From Octopus sinensis (taxonomy: Eukaryota): DNA of 14,842 bases. Shown here piece after piece: positions 1 through 6,940 of the stretch; position 1 is the first letter of the stretch; each line of letters opens with the position of its first letter. The notes beneath the pieces were generated by a model. The model was given only the letters and a program-made list of their open reading frames with translations, was not told where the DNA came from and ran no database searches. Location of the stretch: positions 1 to 14,842 of the forward strand of contig NW_021825640.1 in NCBI RefSeq assembly GCF_006345805.1, given 5' to 3'. The translations under genes and the position numbers were made by a program.

Positions 1-12
1 TATATAATATGT

Positions 13-208
13 GTCGGGTGGCACATAAAATCACCCACTACACTCTCAGAGTGGTTGGCGTTAGGAAGGGCTCCAGCTGTAGAAACACTGCCAGATCTGA
101 CTGGCCTGGTGCAGCCTTCGGGCTTGCCAGACCCCAGTTGAACCGTCCAACCCATGCTAGCATGGAAAGCGGACATTAAACGATGATGATGATGATGATG
201 ATGATGAT
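13..208 (+). mobile_element. 3' end of an RTE-type non-LTR retroposon with (GAT)9 tail
   Basis: Contains gtggcacataaaatcacc...gagtggttggcgttaggaaggg...ccatgctagcatggaaagcggacattaaac followed by (GAT)9 at 182-208. It matches the reverse complement of 5954-6140, which is attached to an RTE-like ORF C-terminus. Confidence 0.8.
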
Positions 209-234
209 ATATATATATAATATATATATATATA

Positions 235-273
<39 letters not shown>
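209..273. repeat. (TA)n microsatellite, interrupted
   Basis: Directly visible. Confidence 0.95.
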
Positions 274-276
<3 letters not shown>

Positions 277-337
277 TATATATCCAATGAATCACTGGTG
301 TATTACCTATATTTAATCATGAACATTGGTGGGGAGT

Positions 338-521
338 TTTTTGCGCCCTTTTCAAGCCCAGCCAGGCTCATGGGCCTGGTTTCCCGGTTTCTGTGGCGTA
401 TGTGTTCCCCCCAGCTGGACAGGACGCCTGTCCATCGCAGCGTTACTTAAGAAACAGGAAGAGAGAGTGAGAGAAAGTTGTGGCGAAGGAGTACAACAGG
501 GGTCACCACCATCCCCTGCAA
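338..521 (-). mobile_element. Probable SINE 3' fragment of a third family
   Basis: The minus strand reads ctgcgatggacaggcgtcctgtccag...cagaaaccgggaaacc...gagcc, resembling motifs I recall from fish and invertebrate SINE bodies. There is no second copy in the window to confirm it. Confidence 0.45.
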
Positions 522-523
522 GC

Positions 524-755
524 TTCTTATTTCTTTATTGCCCACAAGGGGTTAAACATAGAGGTGACAAACAAGGACAGACAAACGGATTAAGTCGATT
601 ACATCGACCCCAGTGCGTAACTGGTACTTAATTTATCGACCCCGAAAAGATGAAAGGCAAAGCTGACCTCGACGGAATTTGAACTCAGAACGTAACGGCA
701 GACGAAATACGGCTACGCATTTCACCCGGAGTGCTAACGTTTCTGCCAGCTCGCC
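524..755 (-). mobile_element. SINE-A (tRNA-derived), near full length
   Basis: Reverse complement of 3201-3433 and 9728-9965. Head ggcgagctggcagaaacgttagcac (A-box-like) and gagttcaaattcc (B-box-like). Confidence 0.9.
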
Positions 756-798
756 GTGGCTGTGTGGTAAGAAGCTTGCTTCTTACAACACAGTCACG
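755..798. repeat. Palindrome made of two SINE-B heads
   Basis: Arms 755-775 and 778-798 pair at 19 of 21 positions around a TT loop. The sequence equals the SINE-B start (gtggctgtgtggtaag). Confidence 0.85.
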
Positions 799-1086
799 CC
801 TGAGCGCTCTGTAACTTTTTCTCGTTTTGGGTTTTTTTTTCCCCCCAGGTAGATGTTTTCACCCAACGCCAAACACATTTTACTTCTGAGAAGAGGTTGT
901 TAATCTGTCCTGTAATCATTGACCTCCCCAGCAGAAGCCACCACATAGCAACAAGGATTGGGCATTATCATAGTGACAGTCAGAGCCGTCGTTGCAACAT
1001 TATAGCCCCCACCCCCACCCCAAACAAATCCTTTTACTGGACCCTATAATATTTATTTATTGACAGCAAGCCAGATCATACATATA

Positions 1087-1954
1087 TTTACACAGGCCTT
1101 TCCATTCTATTAGTCCCTCCTGCCCCCATCACTCTGGTTGTGTCCAAACCCCACCAGCACCCATACTAATCATTATACCCAGTTGTTCCTTGCCAGAACA
1201 TTATCCCCCACCCCCCAGAATTCCTTCTTTACTCATATCTTTCTGGCAGGCATTGACCCACAATAGTTCTGGGAAAGCTCTAAGGGTTTCAAAATTTGTC
1301 AGAGGGCCAGCAGTCTTAAGAGAGGGTGTAGGTCGCTTACATCGATACCAGAGTTTGATTGCTGTTTATTTTATCAACCGCGAAAAGATGAAAGGCGGAA
1401 CTGAACCTCGACGGCATTTGATCTCAGGATCTAAAGAGTCGGGTCAAATACCGTAGAGCGTTTTGCCTAGCGTGTCCATTATACTCTTTTACTTGTTTCA
1501 GTCATTTGACTGCGGCCATGCTGGAGCACCGCCTTTAGTCGAGCAAATCGACCCCTGGACGTATTCTTTGTAAGCCTAGTACTTATTCTATCGGTTCTCT
1601 TTTGCCGAACCGCTAAGTTACGGGGACGTAAACACACCAGCATTGGTTGTCAAGCGATGTCGGGAGGACAAACACAGACACACACACGCATATATACATA
1701 CATATACATATATACGACGGGCTTCTTTCAGTTTCCGTCTACCAAATCCACTCACAAGGCTTTGGTCGGCCCGAGGCTATAGTAGAAGACACTTCTGCAA
1801 GGTGCCACACAGTGGGACTGAACCCGGAACCATGTGGTTGGTAAGCAAGCTACTTACCACACAGCCACTCCTGCACTGTGCCAGAGACCTTAGCCTAAGT
1901 TCCCCTAACTCTTTTCGTCCATGAAGCATCAAGTGAAGAAAGATCTCTAACCAA
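1087..1954. repeat. Left arm of a large inverted duplication (1087-1481 plus 1876-1954), interrupted by SINE-B
   Basis: Reverse complement aligns with 3501-4063. 1889-1931 is a 43-bp exact inverted match to 3524-3566. The arm includes an old diverged SINE-A-like copy at about 1285-1475. Confidence 0.9.
1482..1874 (-). mobile_element. SINE-B (tRNA-derived, CORE-like segment), full length
   Basis: Reverse complement of 12339-12731. Has the head gcaggagtggctgtgtggtaagtagc, B-box-like gggttcagtccc, core-like ggcaccttg..gaagtgtctt, an internal (TA/TG)n and the tail gaaacaagtaaaagagta. Confidence 0.92.
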
Positions 1955-2582
1955 CATGGTCATAAGCCCTGTCGTGAACCTGCTCCTGGTTCTCCGCTAG
2001 TCTTCAACCAGGTCTTGACAGGTCTGTTATGTCTCTGAGATAAAGCTCCGAATTTAAGCAAGGCTGTTGGCTTCACTGGTCGGTTTTAAAGACCAAATAC
2101 ATCCGAATCTACATATAAGTTCTATCAGCTGATCTTACTAAGATTATCTCCCTTGCTTGCTATGTTTAGATTTCAAACAGCCGCCATCTTTCGTTTAGTC
2201 GCCAATTTTTTTTTCGTCACCCTATATTCTGACACTTTTAATGTGGTAGTTAAATATAGATTGTTAGTGAGGAGTGTTCATAAAATAAAATAACCCACAT
2301 TTTCACACACACACACACACAATTTAAATACATCCAACAGACTGCCTTGACTTTTTTTGTAGATATCCGTTGTCCTCATTATGAAGCCTTTTGTATAAGT
2401 GTGGGAGCGGAGTGGAGAGTGCTTATAATAACAATTGTAATAAATAAAAAAAAAAGAGAAAGACAGTCCTGTATATCACAATGCTTGAAAGCGTTCAGCA
2501 TAAACAATACCCGTCAGTAGTTATATAACCTGTGCAACATTTTTATTGCATGTTTATTTAATCAATGATAAATATATACACA

Positions 2583-2693
2583 TACCGATAGAATAAGTAC
2601 TAGGCTTACAAAGAATAAGTCCTGGGGTCGATTTGCTCGACTAAAGCCGGTGCTCCAGCATGGCTGCAGTGAAATGACTGAAACAAGTAATAG
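2583..2693 (+). mobile_element. SINE-B 3' fragment (5'-truncated)
   Basis: taccgatagaataagtactaggcttacaaagaataagtcctggggtcgatttgctcgact...gaaacaagtaa matches 8873-8990. Confidence 0.9.
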
Positions 2694-3051
2694 AACAAGA
2701 GCACTCAGAGAGCGTAAACCTCCGCCAAGGCAACACCAATGTCCTCTCAACGATCAGCCAGAGAGGATTTTTGAAATGAGAATATCTGAAATAAACTCGA
2801 CTGCTTTCACAAAAGAGAATACTAAAAAATGAAACGGATCACTCTCAAAAATTAAGTTTAAAAAACTGGAAAAATAATCCTGAATCCTTGTTCGGGACCG
2901 GATCGATCCCCAAATTTAATCAGTTCATAGCAAGTCATGAGGCCAAACATCCCTGAAAATTTTATCCGAAATGTCTTGTCCACAGACAACCAAACAAACA
3001 AACAAATACGACTGAAAATAATACCTCCACCTTCGCTAAGGCAGATGCAAT
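2694..3051 (+). mobile_element. Non-autonomous Helentron/HINE-like element
   Basis: Subterminal acctccgcc at 2718-2726, a related acctccacc in a decayed terminal hairpin tacctccacctt-cgct-aaggcagatgca at 3022-3049, and (CAAA)4 at 2991-3006. This layout matches DINE-1/HINE-type elements. Confidence 0.55.
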
Positions 3052-3200
3052 AAGAGAATCTGCGCGAAAAAGAAACGGAACAGGTTTTTTTTTTGTTATG
3101 TTTTTAACTTGCTGAGTCTAGAGTAAATGGTTGGTTCTCATGGCCTGTCTAGATTGGTCCCTTAGCACGGTGTGATTGATGTCAATAATGGTCTGCCTAA

Positions 3201-3433
3201 AGGCGGCGAGCTGGCAGAAACGTTAGCACGCTGGGCGAAATGCTTAGCAGTATTTCGTCTGCCGTTACGTTCTGAGTTCAAATTCTGCCGAGGTCGACTT
3301 TTCCTTTCATCCTTTCGGGGTCGATAAATTAAGTACCAGTTACGCACTGGGGTAAATATAATCGACTTAATCCATTTGTCTGTCCTTGTTTGTCCTCTCT
3401 GTGTTTAGCCCCTTGTGGGTAGTAAAGAAATAG
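3201..3433 (+). mobile_element. SINE-A, full length
   Basis: aggcggcgagctggcagaaacg head, B-box-like gagttcaaattc at 3274-3285, tail cccttgtgggtagtaaagaaatag. Nearly identical to 9728-9965. Confidence 0.92.
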
Positions 3434-3502
3434 GTATTTGATCCGGCTCTTTAGATGCTGAGATCAAATACCGCCGAGATTCCGTTCTGCCTTTCATCTT
3501 TT
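3432..3502 (+). repeat. Extra direct copy of the diverged SINE-A-like segment of the inverted-duplication arm
   Basis: ggtatttgatccggctctttagatgctgagatcaaatacc...ctttcatctttt is a direct repeat of 3629-3698. Confidence 0.8.
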
Positions 3503-4063
3503 GGTCAGCGATCTTTCTTCCCCTGATGCTTCATGGACGAAAAGAGTTAGGGGAACTTAGGCTAAGATCTCCAGCACAGACATTCAGTGCTGTCTTAAGG
3601 AATGCACACACTAGTCAAAATGCTTTACGGTATTTGACCCGACACTTTAGATCCTGAGATCAAATGCCGCCGAGGTTCAGTTCTGCCTTTCATCTTTTCG
3701 AGGTCGATAAAATAAACACCAACCGAACTCTGGTATCGGTGTAAGCGACCTACACCCTTTCTTAAGACTGCTGCCAAAACTTGAAACCCTTAAAGCTTTC
3801 CCAGAACCTTTGTGAGTCAACGCCTACCAGAAAGATATAAGAAAAGAAGGAATTTCGGGGAATGATGTTCTGGCAAGGAACAACTGGGTATAATGGTTAG
3901 TATGGGTGTCGGTGAGGTGTAGACACATCCAGAGTGAAGGGAGGAGGAGAGACTAATAGAATATTTTCTTCTCTAGGCACAAGGCCCGAATTTTTTGCGA
4001 AGGGGACCGGTCAATTAGATCAGCCCCAGTACGCAGCTAATAGAATGGAAAGGCCTGTTTAAA
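3501..4063. repeat. Right arm of the large inverted duplication
   Basis: Reverse complement aligns collinearly with 1087-1481 and 1876-1954. It carries a 74-bp insertion at 3963-4036. Confidence 0.9.
3963..4036 (-). mobile_element. 5'-truncated SINE-A-type tail with a 10-bp target-site duplication
   Basis: Flanked by ctaatagaat at 3953-3962 and 4037-4046. The insert's reverse complement matches 10208-10285. The empty site attctattag is present once at 1104-1113. Confidence 0.9.
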
Positions 4064-4169
4064 GGTGGCGTGGGACCCACTAAATCCGAGAAGCAAATGT
4101 CTTTATAGTAGACAACTTTGAAAGCAGAAGCCATTGTATTATCGTTTATCTTTTAAAATAAATACGGGA

Positions 4170-4233
4170 TGCTCCAGTATGGCCGTAATCCAATGACTGA
4201 AACAAGTAAAAAAAAAAAAAAGAGATAAAAAGA
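4170..4233 (+). mobile_element. SINE-B extreme 3' fragment
   Basis: gctccagtatggccgtaatccaatgactgaaacaagtaaaa...gataaaa resembles the SINE-B tail. Confidence 0.75.
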
Positions 4234-4507
4234 TATATCCGCTTGGGCGTGTGCTGAAATAAGCTCTTACGAAAGAGTTCATAATCTAAGTCTTTCACAA
4301 AAACTCGGAAACCAACGAAAGATTATATTCTATCATTGAAGATAATTTCAGTTGTGGCTTCCGAAATATTATCCCAGATCCGGTTGTTGAAGATGTGGTC
4401 TGCTCATGTCACGTTGAATTTATATATATTAGCGGGCCCTGTGCAAATTCCACGGTTTAAGTCAGTATATCTGAAAACATTATGTTAATGTATTAAACAC
4501 ATACACA

Positions 4508-4633
4508 CTCTCTCTCTCTCTCTCTCTTTCTCTCTCCCCTTCTCTCTCTTTCTCTCTCTCTCTCTCCCTTCTCTCTCTCTTTCTCTCTCCCCTCTCTCTC
4601 TCTCTCTCTCCCCTCTCTCTCTCTCCCTCTCTC
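4508..4633. repeat. (TC)n polypyrimidine microsatellite
   Basis: Directly visible. Confidence 0.95.
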
Positions 4634-4979
4634 GTGTTTTCTCTTTCAATTTTGCGACTGATTCTACAATTTCCATTTCTCTGTTTGCTTCCCCTTACCC
4701 CCTTTCTCCCTCTATATTTTCACTATTCAATTTATTACCTCCCTTAGCGTAACACACGGGCAAAATGTCTTCCATATGCAACAAAAGGAAATAAAAACAA
4801 TAAAACCCAGAAACAAAAGCGGATGATTCGGTGATGATCCAACATCTCATAAAAAGATGCTTTTGTTTTCCTTGTAACTAAATGCTGGGAACTTACTCAT
4901 CAGACACAAAAGCACTTATACAACACTCGGCTGCTTGTTTAGGACTCGAAGTTACAAAATGTGCAATGTAATTGCACTG

Positions 4980-5095
4980 ATCTCTCTCTCTCCCTCTCCA
5001 CCTCTCTCTCTCCCTCTCCACCTCTCTCTCTCCCTCTCCCTCTCCACCTCTCTCTCTCCCTCTCCCCCTCTCTCTCTCCCTCTCCCTCTCTCCCT
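4980..5095. repeat. Polypyrimidine tract with a higher-order unit of about 20 bp (tctctctctccctctccacc)
   Basis: The unit recurs with a ccacc marker three times, then cccc variants. Confidence 0.9.
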
Positions 5096-5111
5096 CACAC
5101 TTTCCCTCTGT

Positions 5112-5280
5112 CTTTTATTGTTTACTTGTTTCAGTCCAATGGCTGTCATGCTGGGGCACCACCTTGAGCGGTTTAATCAAGCAAATTTACCTCAGTACAT
5201 TTGCTTTATTGAGTCTAGTACTTATCCTATCGTTCTCTTTTTCTCGAACCGCTATATCAGTTGTCAGTTGTCACACACCT
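5112..5280 (-). mobile_element. Diverged SINE-B 3' half
   Basis: tttacttgtttcagtc...catgctggggcaccacc...agtacttatcctatcg...gaaccgcta matches 1485-1620 with many substitutions. Confidence 0.75.
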
Positions 5281-5333
5281 ACTTACTCACACACACTCAC
5301 ACTCACTCTCTCTCTCTCATACACACACACACA
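5272..5333. repeat. (AC)n/(TC)n compound microsatellite
   Basis: Directly visible. Confidence 0.9.
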
Positions 5334-5335
5334 TA

Positions 5336-5550
5336 CGTGGGTGTGCTGAAAAGTTCCTGGCCTTGGGTAAAAGAAAATACGGGTGGATCAGTTAAGTATG
5401 ATTTTTTTCAACATATTCTCTTCTCGGATTCACACACTTATTGCAACGGTCCTTCAGTTTTTTTAAGCCCTTTAAAAAAACTCGGAAGGTTGGGTCTCCA
5501 ACCAGACCTTTCACGATACCCTTAAAGCCAGAAACTTTTCACCACTCCTT
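5336..5550. mobile_element. Mariner-type MITE
   Basis: Left end TA|cgtgggtgtgctgaaaagttcctggcc and right end gccagaaacttttcaccactcctt|TA. The cores tgaaaagttcctggc and tgaaaagtttctggc match at 14/15 as inverted repeats, with TA flanks. Confidence 0.75.
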
Positions 5551-5562
5551 TATATATACTTT

Positions 5563-5727
5563 GGCTGTGTGGTAAGTAGCTTGTTTACCTAACTACATGG
5601 TTCTGGGTTCAACCTCACCGCGTGGCACCTTAGGTAAGTGTCTTCTACTATAGCCTCGGGCCGACCAAAGCCTTGTGAGTAGATTTGGCTGACGGAAACT
5701 GAAAGAAGCTTGTATATATACATATAC
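5563..5727 (+). mobile_element. SINE-B 5' half, ending at the internal (TA) tract
   Basis: ggctgtgtggtaagtagcttg...ggcaccttaggtaagtgtcttctactatagcctcggg...gaaagaagcttgtatatatac. Confidence 0.9.
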
Positions 5728-5812
5728 CAAAATTACAATAATTTCAATGTCATGATTATCGAAAGTGAAACCGGTCGACAAACACAATATGAAATATATT
5801 AAAAATATCTTA

Positions 5813-5851
5813 AAACTATGTAAAGTGTGTGCATTTTCTTTCTTTTATATA

Positions 5852-5882
<31 letters not shown>

Positions 5883-5925
5883 AATATATATAAAAGAAAG
5901 AAATTGCACACACTTTACATAGTTT
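5813..5925. repeat. Near-perfect palindrome centred on (TA)n
   Basis: 5813-5846 and 5892-5925 are reverse complements at 33/34 positions (T5834/T5904 mismatch), around a 45-bp TA-rich centre. Confidence 0.92.
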
Positions 5926-5953
5926 ATATATATATTACACACACACACACATA

Positions 5954-6627
5954 CATCAGCATCAGCATCTTTTAACGTTTGTTATCCATGCTGGTATGGG
6001 TTGGATGGTATGACCAGGGCTGGCAAGTTGGAAGGCTGCAGCAGACTCCTGTCTGATTTGGCATGTTTTCTATTGCTGGATGCCCTTCCTAACGTCAACC
6101 ACTCCGAGATTGTAATGGGTGCTTTTATGTGCCACCGGCATGACACCACTATCTGCCACGACTACGATTTTGCTTGGCTCAGTGGGCCTTCTCAAGCACA
6201 GCATAATGTCAAAGGTCTCGGTCATTCGCCATTGCCTCCGTGAGACCCAACACTTGAACGGTGCTTTTCACGTGCCACCGGCATTGGTCACCCTGTCTCT
6301 GTGAGGCCCAACGCTCGAAAGGTGCTTTTTATGTTCCACCTTCATGGCTGCCAGTTACGTGACACCAGAATCGGCCACGATCATGATTTCACTTGGCTTG
6401 GCGTGCTTTCTCAAGCACAGCGTATCGCCAAAGGTCTCGGTCATTAGTCATTGCCGCCACGAGGCCCAAAGTTCAAGGCCCATGTCTTCCTGGGCCTACT
6501 TCTATCACAGGTTCCCTCCACAGTTAGAGATCGGCACTTCTTTACACAGCTATTTTCATCCATACGCATCACATGATTACACCAGCACAAACGTCTCTCT
6601 TGCACACCACATCTGATGCGTCTTATA
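5954..6627 (-). mobile_element. 5'-truncated RTE-clade LINE (ORF C-terminus plus 3' UTR, decayed)
   Basis: The minus ORF 6444-6659 contains IRCGVQERRLCWCNHVMRMDENSCVKKCRSLTVEGTCDRSRPRKTW, similar to the RTE C-terminal motif RRLRWxGHVxR...GxRxRGRP..W. The 3' UTR matches 13-208 and the tail is gatgctgatgctgatg. Confidence 0.88.
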
Positions 6628-6792
6628 CGATGAACTTCCACACGGTTTCTGACAACCAAATTCGCTCAGAAGGCATGGGTCGATCCGGGGCTATAGTAGA
6701 AGACACTTGCCAAAGGTGCCGCATTGTGGAATTGAACCCGAACTACGTACTTTCAAAACGAGCTTCATAACCATACAGCCATACCTGCGCCT
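6624..6792 (-). mobile_element. Diverged SINE-B 5' half
   Basis: The minus strand reads aggcgcaggtatggctgtatggtta...gggttcaattcc...ggcacctttggcaagtgtcttctactatagcccc...tttggttgtcagaaaccgtgtggaagttcatcgtata. Confidence 0.82.
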
Positions 6793-6807
6793 ATAAAAAC
6801 GAATAAA

Positions 6808-6903
6808 AGTACCTGGGTTACTCCCCCACCCCATCTAAGTACGAATGAGGATCGACGTCGCTTAACTTCGGTGATCGAGTCAGAACCGGTGTTTTCAACT
6901 TGT
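6808..6903 (-). pseudogene. Degenerate 5S rRNA copy (pseudogene or 5S-derived retroposon head)
   Basis: The minus strand reads gttgaaaacaccggttctgactcgatcaccgaagttaagcgacgtcg...gtacttagatggg...acccaggtac, closely following the invertebrate 5S rRNA sequence as I recall it, including box A and box C-like segments. The 5' end is missing and there is a short deletion after box C. Confidence 0.82.
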
Positions 6904-6940
6904 TCGATATTTGAAAATCTATTACTCAATAAGAAAAATA

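Noticed and set aside
326-1924. ORFs 326-631, 1190-1456, 1643-1924 and 1647-1844
   Set aside because: They lie in SINE bodies or the inverted-repeat arm, and the sister arm does not preserve the 1190-1456 frame.
2180-2191. gccgccatcttt as a YY1-type promoter motif
   Set aside because: A single short motif with no CpG-rich or other promoter context.
3201-3295. SINE heads as tRNA genes
   Set aside because: They have A/B-box-like motifs but no complete cloverleaf or acceptor stem, and they continue into SINE bodies.
930-4133. 11-bp direct repeat agcagaagcca (930-940 and 4123-4133) as a TSD of the large inverted structure
   Set aside because: The copies lie about 150 bp and 60 bp outside the arm ends, not at the boundaries, so chance is likely.
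4430-4478. tagcgggccctgtgcaaattccacgg as a rolling-circle transposon end
   Set aside because: The stem is weak and no matching other terminus was found.
4845-4910. CTGATGAG on the minus strand (4896-4903) as a possible hammerhead ribozyme core
   Set aside because: The possible stem II (gtaa...ttac) is followed by aag before GAAA, and I could not build stems I and III.
4485-5525. ORFs 4485-4676, 4935-5525, 4952-5149 and 4961-5167 (ER-rich or SL/SP-rich peptides)
   Set aside because: They are translations of (TC)n/(GA)n microsatellites and adjacent SINE/MITE sequence, with no sign of real coding.
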